This document shows positions 41,469 to 51,147 of a stretch of DNA of 64,000 bases, in pieces. The stretch spans positions 1-64,000 of the forward strand of contig CAVOXA010000015.1 in assembly GCA_963700285.1 (NCBI GenBank), in the 5' to 3' direction. The notes beneath the pieces were generated by a model that saw nothing but the letters and a program-made list of their open reading frames with translations, was not told the DNA's origin and searched no databases. Numbering within the stretch: the first letter of the stretch is position 1; each line of letters starts with the position of its first letter. The DNA is from an uncultured Chloroflexia bacterium (GTDB lineage: Bacteria > Chloroflexota > Anaerolineae > JAAYZQ01). The translations under genes were made by a program, and so were the position numbers.

Positions 41469-42134
41469 TCACCCGGAGGAGCTACCGTCCTTTTTCCCAG
41501 AAAAGAGGTTGGCCAGGCTGAACCGCTGCACCACGCGATACACACTGCCCATTCCCATGAACTCCGCAACCTGCTGTTCATCCGGCAGCTCACCCTCTCT
41601 CCTTAGACGAATATATTGCCTCAGTTCGGGCAACATCGCAAACCAGAACAATGCATTGGCCAGCAGGACGTATGCAAGTTTTGCTACATCATGGGTTCGG
41701 AACCAGATCCAGGGGATCATCAACAGGAGCCCTGCCCAGCGCATCAGGAGCACCTGTCCCAGCAGCCCGCCCACTAGCATACCGGTGGTGTTGGTCACCA
41801 GTACGCCGACCCAGTCGAGCACCAAGAACCCCCCGTATATTGTTGCTAGACCGCGGCCACCTCTGAAGCCGTAGTAAAGGGGGTAGTTGTGTCCGATGAT
41901 GGTCAGGGTCGCGGTGATCAGATAGTAGGGGGCATCCGGTTGCCAGAGCTTGAATAACAGCGTGGGGACCAGCGCTTTAAGGATATCCAAGATCGCAACC
42001 AGGCAGCCATATCTGCTTCCCAACTGAAACCGGACCGCGGTAGCGCTGATGGAGCCGGATTCGAAAACCTCGCCGCTGCCCTCTACATCGTGCTCGATCC
42101 TCGAGACATCGGCACCAGGAGCACGGATTCGTAC
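41469..42134 (-). pseudogene. divergent PlsY-like protein, copy 2, 5' end removed at the IS3 boundary
   Basis: SISATAVR, LDILKA, IIGHNYPLYYGFRGGRGL. The first TM helix is missing and homology stops at the IS end. Confidence 0.75.
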
Positions 42135-42216
42135 TGAGGTTGGCCCCAAAAACTGGACCACGTGCTAAGGTGAAGGAACTTGGTGTATAATGTGCACAGC
42201 ACGTGGAGGTTCAAAC

Positions 42217-42507
42217 ATGTCCAAGAAACGTCGCCGGTTCAGCGCTGAATTCAAGTTCAAGGTTGCGCTGGAAGCAGCCAAAGGCACGAAGACGCTGAAC
42301 GAACTGTCGAGTGAATACGGGGTCCATCCCAACCAGATCAGCGGCTGGAAGCGCGAGTTGTTGGAAGGAGGTGCCACGCTCTTCTCCAGCAACAGCGCCC
42401 AGCAGGTGCGAGAGCAAGAAGCGCTGCAAACAGAGCTCTATGAGCAGATCGGGCGCTTGAAGATGGAGCTGGAGTGGCTGAAAAAAAAAGCTGCCCGCTA
42501 CGATTGA
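42217..42507 (+). CDS. IS3 OrfA (HTH)
   Basis: RRRFSAEFKFKVALEA..G.KTLNELSSEYGVHPNQISGWK, LYEQIGRLKMELEWLKKK. Confidence 0.92.
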   Translation: MSKKRRRFSAEFKFKVALEAAKGTKTLNELSSEYGVHPNQISGWKRELLEGGATLFSSNSAQQVREQEALQTELYEQIGRLKMELEWLKKKAARYD

Positions 42508-42520
42508 GGCCAAGCGCGGC

Positions 42521-43325
42521 ATGATCGAACGAGGCCATCCAGAACTCAGTGTGCGGCGCCAGTGTGAACTCATCGGCGTGAACCGCTCTTCACTGTACTA
42601 CCAGCCGGTGGGCGAATCGGCGTACAACCTGCAGTTGATGCGGCTGCTCGACGAGCAGTATACGCGGACACCGTTCTATGGCTGGCCGCGAATGACGGCC
42701 TGGCTGCGCCAAGAAGGGCACAAGATCAACCCCAAGCGTGTGCGTAGATTGATGGCTTTGATGGGTTTGCAGGCAATTCATCCGAAACGCAGAACCAGCA
42801 TCCCGGCTCCGGGTCACAAACGGTACCCGTACTTGCTGCGCGGTCTCAAGATCACGCATCCTTGTCAGGTCTGGAGCACAGACATCACGTACGTGCCGAT
42901 GCGGGGCGGTTTCATGTTCCTGGTGGCCGTCATCGATTGGTTCAGCCGATATGTCTTGGCCTGGCAACTGTCGAACACGCTGGATGGTCTCTTCTGTCGG
43001 GTCGCGCTCCGGCAAGCATTGGAGCAAGGTATAGCCGGACATCTTCAACACCGACCAAGGAGCCCAGTTCACGGCGGAGGAGTTCACCAGCATCCTGGAA
43101 GCAGCCACCGTCCGGATCAGCATGGATGGCCAAGGCCGAGCCCTGGACAACGTATTCGTCGAGCGCTTGTGGCGCACCGTCAAGTACGAGAATATCTATC
43201 TCGTGGACTATGCTTCTGTCCCGGACCTGGAAATGGGATTGCATGCCTACTTCCGTTTCTACAACCATGAACGTCTGCACCAGAGCCTGGACTATCAGAC
43301 GCCGGCAGAGGTGCACCGTGCCTGA
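42521..43325 (+). CDS. IS3 OrfB DDE transposase (frameshift near 43030)
   Basis: WSTDITYVP, VIDWFSRYVLAW, IFNTDQGAQFT, DNVFVERLWRTVKYE, YNHERLHQSLDYQTP. Confidence 0.92.
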
Positions 43326-43470
43326 TCAGCTCCTGCCCAGGCCGGCAGGCGTTCACCTTATTTTGGCCGATCCGTGGTCCAAAGAATGGGGCCAACCTCA
43401 CTTTGACTTCATCGCACGACCTCCCCTGCAAACTGTGAAATCGCAATCAAGCCGAAGCTCAAACCGGGTA

Positions 43471-43600
43471 GCCCAACAGACCGCACATCAGCCGCCGCCG
43501 GGCGAAACGACGCACCCGACAAGAACGGATCCGACAGACTACCGACACCGGCAGCAACCAAACCCTCGAGGAGGCGGTCGGCTGCATGCGCTGGTTGGTA
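43471..43600 (-). mobile_element. integron attC site (130 bp)
   Basis: Minus strand: TACCAAC CAGCGCATGCAGCCGACCGCC ... GGCGGCGGCTGATGTGCGGTCT GTTGGGC (GTTRRRY core). Same L-box arms as the attC at 34711. Confidence 0.8.
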
Positions 43601-43679
43601 GAGAACGGATACCCTCAGAACTGAAACCATACCGAGAAACACGACGGAACCTACTGACAGCACACTGCTCGAATGGGCA

Positions 43680-44400
43680 TCAGGCATCTTGCTTGACGAA
43701 TACCAGGTTAGACACCCTGCCTCCAGAATCCGAGAGACGGAAACCGGAAACCGCGTCGTTCGCATCCCGCTCAAATGCCAGCATCATAGGTTTGGCCGCG
43801 GAATGTAGTATGGGTCCTATCCAACCGTCGCAGAAGACATCGGCGATCATGGGCGTCAAGGGACTGCGGCCCTGTCTCTTGCGCTGTACAACAAGGTTGT
43901 CGCCATCTGAGCGTTATTGTCCAATAGACATCCAACTCAGGACTGTAGTAGCGTCCGGTGTATGCTCGCAGTGAATCGGGCGTTGGCACCACTGATTCTG
44001 CCCAGGCGTAGCGCGTACGGCCTGTATCGGTGTCGACCAGCACTTGTGCCGGCCCAGTTGCGGTTGCGGGACTAAAGCTCGCGCTGGCCTCTGGGAAAGC
44101 AGCGAAGATGAAGTTGTGCCTGCTCACCGGCGCCAGATCGTAGCCCAAAATCTGCAGTGTGCCATCGTTGAATTCAATGTCTATGAATGCCGACGTATCC
44201 GCATTGTAATAACGGCCCGCTTTCGCGGATAGTTGCGCTTCTTCCAGTTCGATCGTTTCGGGAATGGCGGCGGCTGGGGCATCTGGTTGTGCGTCGCCCA
44301 GATAAAGGTCCGCAACCTGCTGTGCCAGTTGTCGCGCCTTGAGCGCGCCATGATTGCCCAAAATGGCGACGCTGAAATGCTCCCCTACCCCCGCCTGCCC
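43680..44400 (-). pseudogene. C-terminal fragment of a beta-lactamase-family serine hydrolase
   Basis: HFSVAILGN..LAQQVADLYL, AYTGRYYSPELDV, FERD....VSGFRL..GRVSNLVF. The catalytic N-terminus is absent. Confidence 0.6.
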
Positions 44401-44465
44401 GGCGGCTCGGTGACTGTGGCCTTGTGTGCCATACTCCATGGCGGCCAGGATCGCTCTGAGTGCCA

Positions 44466-44504
44466 CTACTCCCCAATAATCTTGACCAACACCCGTTTCC
44501 GTCG
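44466..44504 (-). pseudogene. yjbQ: yjbQ 3'-end stub
   Basis: Encodes [12 protein letters not shown]-stop, identical to the last 12 residues of intact YjbQ. Confidence 0.85.
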
Positions 44505-44566
44505 CTAGCATCCAGGATTACAAAGGCGCCAAGCCAACCCTGCTCAAACTGACGGATATAGATCGG

Positions 44567-45982
44567 CTATCGCAGATGCCGCATGGCAGCTCGGGCTGCA
44601 TGGGTCCCGCACATGCCGTGCACCCCGCCCCCAGGCGGTGTGGAAGACGAGCAGAGATAGAGACCCCGGACAGGCGTAGTATAGGGATTCACGCGGACGA
44701 CAGGCCGGGTGAAGAACTGGCGCAGATCCTGTACTCCTGCGTTGATGTCGCCGCCGACATAGTTGGGATTGTACGCCTCCATCTGGCTGGCGTCCATGGT
44801 GCTCAGGGCCAGGATCCGGTCCCGAAAGCCGGGAGCAAAGCGTTCGATCTGCGCCTCCACGCGACCGGTCATGTCCTCCGTCGAGCTGTGGGGGACGTGA
44901 CAGTATGCCCAGGCCGTATGCTTGCCTTCTGGCGCGCGGGTAGCATCAAAAAGGCTCTGCTGGGCCAGGATGACGTAGGGTCGTTCCGGGTGCTCCCCCT
45001 GCCAGACGGCGGCCTCGCTCTCGGTTATCTCCTCCAGGGTGCCGCCCAGGTGCACGGTGCCGGCCCGCAAGCACTCCTCTGCCCGCCACGGAATCGGTCC
45101 GTCCAGGGCATAGTCGAGCTTGAACACGCCGGGCCCGTAGCGAAAGCGCAACAGGGCATCCCGGTACCCCGCCGGCAGACGGTCGCCCGAGATCCCGACT
45201 AGCGCGCGCGGCGAGGTGTCAAAGAGAGTCGCCCGAGCCTGGGGCAGGTCGTGGGTGGAGTGCACTGGACTGCCGGTGTGGAATTCCCCGCCCAGCGATT
45301 CCAGATGGGCGCCAAGGGCGTCGGCGATCCGCTGCGATCCGCCGCGCGCTATCGGCCAGCCGATGGCATGTGACAGCATGCCGAGGATCAGGCCAATCGC
45401 CGCCGTGGCGGGCGACGTCAGGGGGAGCATGGCATGGGCAGCCATGCCCGCAAACACGGCTCGGGCACGCTCGCCGCGAAAGACCGCTCGTGCCAGGGTG
45501 GCGGCAGGCAAAAGCGCGGTCAGCCCAAAACGGGCCATCAGCAGGGCATGCGATGGGAAGCGAAGCGGGCCGAGGACGTCGTCCAAAAGCCCCTGCCAGC
45601 CGTCGACCAGCGGCTCCATGAGCCGCCGGTAGGCGCCTGCATCCGGGCCGAGATTGGCCGCGGTCTGCTCGACGGTGCCTTCGACCATCACGGCGGTGCC
45701 GTCGTCCAGGGGATGCGCCAGCGAGGCAGGAGGGTAGACCCACTCCAGACCGTGCTGCGCGAGGGGTAGGTCCCGAAAGAAGGGCGAGGCTACGCCCAGC
45801 GGATGCAGGGCCGAGCAGACGTCGTGCATGAAGCCCGGAATGGTCAGTTGGGCCGTGCGGGTGCCCCCGCCGATGGTGGGCTTGGCCTCCAGGACGAGGA
45901 CCGACTTGCCGCCCCGAGCCAGCGTGATGCCAGCAGCCAGGCCATTGGGGCCGGAGCCCACTATCACGGCGTCGTAGGTCAT
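44567..45982 (-). CDS. phytoene dehydrogenase-like NAD(P)/FAD-dependent oxidoreductase
   Basis: DAVIVGSGPNGLAA, HDVCSALHPL, AWAYCHVP, SSTPPGGGVHGMCG. Confidence 0.9.
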   Translation of the reverse strand: MTYDAVIVGSGPNGLAAGITLARGGKSVLVLEAKPTIGGGTRTAQLTIPGFMHDVCSALHPLGVASPFFRDLPLAQHGLEWVYPPASLAHPLDDGTAVMVEGTVEQTAANLGPDAGAYRRLMEPLVDGWQGLLDDVLGPLRFPSHALLMARFGLTALLPAATLARAVFRGERARAVFAGMAAHAMLPLTSPATAAIGLILGMLSHAIGWPIARGGSQRIADALGAHLESLGGEFHTGSPVHSTHDLPQARATLFDTSPRALVGISGDRLPAGYRDALLRFRYGPGVFKLDYALDGPIPWRAEECLRAGTVHLGGTLEEITESEAAVWQGEHPERPYVILAQQSLFDATRAPEGKHTAWAYCHVPHSSTEDMTGRVEAQIERFAPGFRDRILALSTMDASQMEAYNPNYVGGDINAGVQDLRQFFTRPVVRVNPYTTPVRGLYLCSSSTPPGGGVHGMCGTHAARAAMRHLR

Positions 45983-46716
45983 CGTGCGAACAGGCCGCGG
46001 ACCCAGCGGATGGGCAGGTACAATGTGGTACGCATCGCGGCGTTGTACCAGAGGTTGGTTGCCCTGGCCCAATATATCGTCGGATCCAGTAGGACTGCGT
46101 CCTGGTGCATCGCCTCGCCCTCGGCGCCAAAGTGGGCGGCCAAGTTGGTCAGCGTGCCTTGCCAGAACTGGTCTTCCGCCTCAACGGCGAATCCAAGCCG
46201 CTGCCCCAGTTCGTACAGCGGATCGCCGGAGCGCAGCATCGCCTGGACCTGCGCCACGGTGACGCCGTCCTCCTCGTAGGCGCTGAAGGTGATCATGCCG
46301 CCGAACATGTGGCCTTCCACGCTCAGGAAGCAGAACGACTCCTCGTCGGCATAGGCCACAAAGATGCCGGTGGCAATGGTCGTGCCCACCGGGCCCGCGA
46401 GATTCAGCACGCCAACGTCGCCGAGCTCGATCGGCCTGTCTGCGCCGTAGAAGGTGCTGCCCGGAGGCCAGAAGCCGGCGAATCGCTCTTTCCATACCCG
46501 ACAAACCTGAGCGGGGGTCGCCGCTGAGCCAGTCAGGCCGATCTGGTAGGTCCTCAGCCACAGCGGGCCAAAGCCCTTCATCGGGCCCATAGGGCGCCTG
46601 CCCTGAACGTTCAGGTTGATCGCCTCTTTGGGCAGGTCCGGTACACTCAGCCGCTCGACCGGTGTGGCCCACTGTCCCTGCGGTCCCGTCTTGAGCTCTG
46701 TCTGTTTTTCAGTCAT
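45979..46716 (-). CDS. conserved hypothetical protein (SRPBCC/DUF1990-like)
   Basis: INLNVQGRR..GP..GFG.LW, WKERF..FWP, EGHMFGGMITFSA, DPLYELG. ATGA overlap with the next gene. Confidence 0.7.
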   Translation of the reverse strand: MTEKQTELKTGPQGQWATPVERLSVPDLPKEAINLNVQGRRPMGPMKGFGPLWLRTYQIGLTGSAATPAQVCRVWKERFAGFWPPGSTFYGADRPIELGDVGVLNLAGPVGTTIATGIFVAYADEESFCFLSVEGHMFGGMITFSAYEEDGVTVAQVQAMLRSGDPLYELGQRLGFAVEAEDQFWQGTLTNLAAHFGAEGEAMHQDAVLLDPTIYWARATNLWYNAAMRTTLYLPIRWVRGLFAR

Positions 46717-46776
46717 GCGCGCCTCCTTGATGGTCACAATGCCGCGGGTCGCGGTGAATGGTGCAGAACCCTGGCA

Positions 46777-47127
46777 TCACAGGCTCTGCAACGCCTCGGC
46801 CTCGCCGGCGTAGACCTCCAACGCCTCATCAAGATAGGTCACCAGGAAGGCCTGCTGCAACGGGACGCCAAGTCCGCACGCCACCAGGCGCTGCTTCTGG
46901 TGTTGGGCACGCGCCAGCAGCGCGATCAGCAGCCCAAGGCCAGAGCTGTCCATAGCCTCCACTTCACCAAAGTTGAGGATGACGGTCTCCGCACCGCCGC
47001 TACTAGCTTCCTGGTACGCAGCCGTCAGCGGCTCTTCGGCAGTGCGGGTGATGGGACCCCGGAGATCAAGGATGTGAACCCGGTCGGCCGGTTCGCGGAC
47101 TGCTACTTCGAGCTTGGCTTGTACCAT
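46777..47127 (-). CDS. STAS-domain anti-sigma factor antagonist
   Basis: VILNFGEVEAMDSSGLGLLI phospho-Ser motif. RBS GGAGG. Confidence 0.9.
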   Translation of the reverse strand: MVQAKLEVAVREPADRVHILDLRGPITRTAEEPLTAAYQEASSGGAETVILNFGEVEAMDSSGLGLLIALLARAQHQKQRLVACGLGVPLQQAFLVTYLDEALEVYAGEAEALQSL

Positions 47128-47417
47128 GCTGGACCCTCCTGTTCAGTTGGCGGACACGGTGTGCCGAGAGAATGGCTCCCCGGTGCTCGATCACGCTGCC
47201 AGTGTGTCGGGGCTTGTTGTACGGGATGATCTCATTGTAATCAGTTTTATGAAAAACGCAACTCCATAAGGATGCTTGCGTGTACTTTGTCCAAATCTGT
47301 CCTGCGGGTCTCAATCCGGGATCTGAGCCTGTGATGCCCACATGGCTCGCAGCCGGGACAGGTCACCGGCTGCCTCCGTCGGTCCACCCAAGTTAGAAGC
47401 CCATGTTCAGCAGCGAC

Positions 47418-47722
47418 TTATTCACCTATGATCTTGACCAACACCCGCTTCCGCCGCCGCCCGTCAAACTCGCCGTAGAAGATGCGCTCCCAGGTGCCAA
47501 AGTCGAGGCGGCCGTTGGTCACCGCCACCACCACCTCACGGCCCATCACCTGCCGCTTCAGGTGCGCGTCTGCATTGTCCTCGCCGGTGCGGTTGTGCCA
47601 GTACTGGCTCGATCGGCGCGTGCGGTGCCAGCTCTTCGAGCCACACCTCGTAATCGTGGTGCAGGCCACTCTCGTCGTCGTTGATGAACACACTCGCAGT
47701 AATGTGCATCGCCGATACAAGG
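47418..47722 (-). pseudogene. yjbQ: yjbQ pseudogene (3' two-thirds, frameshifted)
   Basis: [29 protein letters not shown] / [58 protein letters not shown]. Confidence 0.92.
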
Positions 47723-47838
47723 GTCAATACCCTCTTTATCATATACCACTCTCATGCCCCTGACGGCAGAGGCCATGGCGGCCATAGGCCGCGCCCTGAG
47801 CAACCGCACTTAGGCCCTAATTCTACGATCGGAAATGA
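47720..47838 (-). repeat. 119-bp yjbQ-derived module, copy 2
   Basis: 79 of the first 86 bp are identical to copy 3 (manual count). Confidence 0.9.
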
Positions 47839-47945
47839 ATCTTGCCATCGCTCTGCTCGCTGATAATGGGCTCCAGAATCGAGCAGGTAGCAAGGCACAG
47901 AGAGTGTGTGACTCAGATTTTCGCTGCCTGCGCTGGTATTACCCG

Positions 47946-49166
47946 CTATCTTGACATGTCAATGAGGGCCTGATAGGTAAGCGTCTGGAGTTGCTGAAAC
48001 AGGAGATATGGGCTGTGGTTAAGCTGAATCATGCAGAGGCCTATCAGTTTTTCTTGAGGATCGGCCCAGAAAAAGGTACCATGTCCGCCGTCGCCAGCAA
48101 AGGTGCCCGGTGATCCCAGAACCCCAGATTGTGCTACGTCCATCAACACACGTACACCCAAGCCATGGCCATATCCCACATGGGCAGACGGAACCATACC
48201 CGCGGGCAGATGATTGAAGGTCATCATCTGCACCGTCTTGGGACTGAGCGGGCGTGCCCCTTCCAGTTCGCCACCGTTAAGCAGCATCGTGGCAAAGCGC
48301 GCGTAATCCATGGCTGTAGAGACCAGCATACCACTGCCGGATGTCCAGCCAGTGCCGGATTCATAGGAGAAGTCCGGCGGCAAGACGTGGGGGTTGTTGT
48401 CTGATGTTTCGACTACATCGATGTTGCCACTAGCTGTGGGCTGATACAATGTCGCCAGGCGATCTTCGCTCCCTGGCGCAACCAGGTAAGCTGTATCTGT
48501 CATGCCCAGAGGTTTATACAGGCGTTCACGCAGAAAGACGTCAAACCAATCCCCAGAGAGGATTTCAACAAGGCGCGCAAGTACTTCATACGATAGGCCA
48601 TAGGTCCAGGCACTTCCGGGCTGGTGAGCGAGTGGCAATTCAGCCAATCCCTCAACCGCTTGTTGCAGCGTAACTCCGCGCTGCTTGAGTTCGTCAACTC
48701 CTCGCGTATACAGGGCCTCAATGGGTGAGCCGTCCCCAGCTCCCAAGCCAATGCCCGAAGTGTGCGTGAATAGATCCCGGATTGTGATGGGACGCTGTGC
48801 CTTTACGGTCTCATAGCCTGTTTCAGTTTCCTCCACAAATACCGCAGCATCTTCGAAAGCTGGGATGAAATTGGCGATCGGATCGTTCAGTTGGAATAAC
48901 CCCTCCTCAAACAGCATCATGAGTGCCGTCGCCGTGATTGGCTTGGTCATAGAGGCAATACGGAAGATGGTATTTCGTTGCATGGCTTTATGAGCACCAA
49001 TATCCATCATACCAGCACACTCGAAGTATACGATCTGGTTCCTCCGCGCGATCAGCGTGACAGCGCCGGCGATCTTGCCTTCATCCACATAGCGCTGCAG
49101 TGTGTCCGTGATCCGATGCAGACGTTCTGATATGAAACCGACAGTTGTAGAATCAACGATATTCAT
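47946..49166 (-). CDS. beta-lactamase-family serine hydrolase
   Basis: IASMTK (SxxK), LFTHTSG, PGSAWTYG, LVSTAMDYARF, GGHGTFFWADP. Confidence 0.92.
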   Translation of the reverse strand: MNIVDSTTVGFISERLHRITDTLQRYVDEGKIAGAVTLIARRNQIVYFECAGMMDIGAHKAMQRNTIFRIASMTKPITATALMMLFEEGLFQLNDPIANFIPAFEDAAVFVEETETGYETVKAQRPITIRDLFTHTSGIGLGAGDGSPIEALYTRGVDELKQRGVTLQQAVEGLAELPLAHQPGSAWTYGLSYEVLARLVEILSGDWFDVFLRERLYKPLGMTDTAYLVAPGSEDRLATLYQPTASGNIDVVETSDNNPHVLPPDFSYESGTGWTSGSGMLVSTAMDYARFATMLLNGGELEGARPLSPKTVQMMTFNHLPAGMVPSAHVGYGHGLGVRVLMDVAQSGVLGSPGTFAGDGGHGTFFWADPQEKLIGLCMIQLNHSPYLLFQQLQTLTYQALIDMSR

Positions 49167-49289
49167 CGCATGGCTTCCCTGGATATGAGACTGAAAACCT
49201 CTTCAGGCATAAGCGAACAGCCGAGCCTCGGTCTTCAGTATGTGGACTTGCGCACTTAATAGATGTCTATGCGTCGCGCGTGTCCCCAT

Positions 49290-49413
49290 GGCGATACGGG
49301 CGCGCCGGCTCGCGGAGGCCAGCGATTCGAGCCAGGCGTCGTGATCCCGGTGAACATCGCTGCCATCACCTCTTGTGAGAATGCAGGATATGACACGGAT
49401 GGCGCTCACCAGG
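49290..49413 (-). pseudogene. yjbQ: heavily decayed internal yjbQ fragment
   Basis: LVSAIRVISCILTRGDGSDVHRDHDAWLESLA aligns without gaps to [32 protein letters not shown]. Confidence 0.65.
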
Positions 49414-49529
49414 GTCAGTTCCCTCTTTATCATATACCACTCTCGTACCCCTGACGGCCGAGGCCATTGCTGCCATAGGCCGCGCCCTGAGCAACCAAAA
49501 CTGAACCCAGCTTTTACGACTACTTATGG
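49411..49529 (-). repeat. 119-bp yjbQ-derived module, copy 3
   Basis: Colinear with copies 1 and 2. Confidence 0.9.
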
Positions 49530-49698
49530 TACTTCTAGCTCCCTTCGGATGGATCAAGATCACGAAATGAACTGGTAAATGTAAGGGCGGTTAATGCCTA
49601 TGGTTGACAATACCTTGTATAGGATACCCTTATGCGTTTTACCCAGTTTGACTCTGAAAGAGAATAGAATGATTCCGGGGCGAGAAGTGGCTTTGTGG

Positions 49699-50451
49699 TT
49701 ATTGATTCTGCATGATGAAATCCAGCATGATTTCGGCAACCTTTTCATGCTGCTCGGCTAAGCTTATTGAGGCAACAACATCACCTTTCTGGGGACCATA
49801 ATCGCCAAATTGAGCATGGCTGGCACCTTCAATGCCAACAAATACAGTGTTTGCTGGTAACAGGTGTCTCTTGTCATTCAAGTTGTCGGTGTTCGGAGAA
49901 TCATTCGTGGTACCGAAAATGGAAAGTGCAGATATGGCGTTATCTGACAAGTCAGCACTGTCGGGTGGATAAGAATCCCAGAATGCGATTGCATCTATCC
50001 TGGTTGGGTTATTCTCCGCAAATATGGCTGCTGAGGCGCCCCCCAGAGAATGCCCAGCAAGGATCCAGGTAGAAATGTCCGGATACTCGTCAATCACGGC
50101 ATTAGCAGCACCTGTATCCAATATTGCCAAGTTCAATGGCATGGGGGTGATAACGACGAGTACCCCTTCTTCTGCGATTCTACGCAGAATAGGTGCGTAG
50201 GCGGTTGGTTCTACCAAGCCGCCTGGGTAGAAGATCAATCCGGTTTCCGTCTCCTCCCCGGGTGTAAATACGATCCATTTGTCTTGTGTAATTGTTACCC
50301 TGTCCGTTGATTCAAGTGCGGACAATGCAACAGTTCTGGCAGGGTATGTTCCTGTTTTTGCCCAAACCAGCATCCCCAAGACACCAATAATGACTATCGA
50401 AACGAGACCAATGAATGCAAACCGTATGATTCTTTTTGCCTTCATACTCAA
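49699..50451 (-). CDS. membrane-anchored alpha/beta hydrolase
   Basis: N-terminal TM helix, GLIFYPGG.V...AY, AGHSLGG, IEGASHAQFGDYGPQ.GD. Low GC. Confidence 0.9.
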   Translation of the reverse strand: MSMKAKRIIRFAFIGLVSIVIIGVLGMLVWAKTGTYPARTVALSALESTDRVTITQDKWIVFTPGEETETGLIFYPGGLVEPTAYAPILRRIAEEGVLVVITPMPLNLAILDTGAANAVIDEYPDISTWILAGHSLGGASAAIFAENNPTRIDAIAFWDSYPPDSADLSDNAISALSIFGTTNDSPNTDNLNDKRHLLPANTVFVGIEGASHAQFGDYGPQKGDVVASISLAEQHEKVAEIMLDFIMQNQ

Positions 50452-50661
50452 TCCTTAGTAATTCCGCAAAGGAAGTTTGCTATCGAGTAAACGGTTTCAG
50501 GAAGGGGGCAATTCTCCAGACCTACAAACAGAATATGGCTTTTCTCTTAGCAAGTCACCAATATCCCAATGAAAATTCGTTTGGATAATAGAGGTACCTT
50601 TCCACAGTCTCTTCTATTGCATTTCTGCCAACACCTACGCTAAAGATAGCTCTGAGCGCAC

Positions 50662-51081
50662 CTATTCGCCGATGATCTTGACCAACACCCGCTTCCGCCG
50701 CCGGCCGTCGAACTCCCCGTAAAAGATCTGCTCCCACGTGCCAAAGTCTAGCCGCCCGTTGGTCACCGCCACCACCACCTCGCGCCCCATCACCTGCCGC
50801 TTCAGGTGCGCGTCGGCATTGTCCTCGCCGGTGCGGTTGTGCTGGTACTGGCTGACCGGCGCGTGCGGCGCGAGCCCCTCCAGCCACTTTTCGTAATCGG
50901 CGTGGAGGCCGCGCTCGTCGTCGTTGATAAAGACCGACGCCGTGATATGCATCGCATTCACCAGGACCAGCCCTTCCTGAACGCCACTTTCCCGCAGGCA
51001 CTCTTCCACCTGTGGTGTGATGTTGATAAAGGCACGTCTACTGGGAACTTGGAACCATAACTCTTTTCGATAGCTCTTCAT
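50662..51081 (-). CDS. yjbQ: YjbQ (UPF0047, secondary thiamine-phosphate synthase family), intact
   Basis: [52 protein letters not shown]. Confidence 0.95.
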   Translation of the reverse strand: MKSYRKELWFQVPSRRAFINITPQVEECLRESGVQEGLVLVNAMHITASVFINDDERGLHADYEKWLEGLAPHAPVSQYQHNRTGEDNADAHLKRQVMGREVVVAVTNGRLDFGTWEQIFYGEFDGRRRKRVLVKIIGE

Positions 51082-51147
51082 GAACCCTCCTTCTGAAATA
51101 AGTCGCTAGGGGGACTTGTCCAACTCAACAGGAGCCAATGCCTCTCC

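Larger units (their letters stand above)
42135..43400 (+). mobile_element. IS3 family insertion sequence (1266 bp)
   Basis: Terminal IRs TGAGGTTGGCCCC.....TGGACCAC at both ends (5'-TG...CA-3'), orfA and orfB, A9G slippery site at 42481-42490. Confidence 0.95.

Noticed and set aside
38389-49529. 119-bp repeats as a CRISPR array or attC sites
   Set aside because: They are too long, kilobases apart, have no cas genes nearby, and lack RYYYAAC/GTTRRRY ends and long dyad symmetry.
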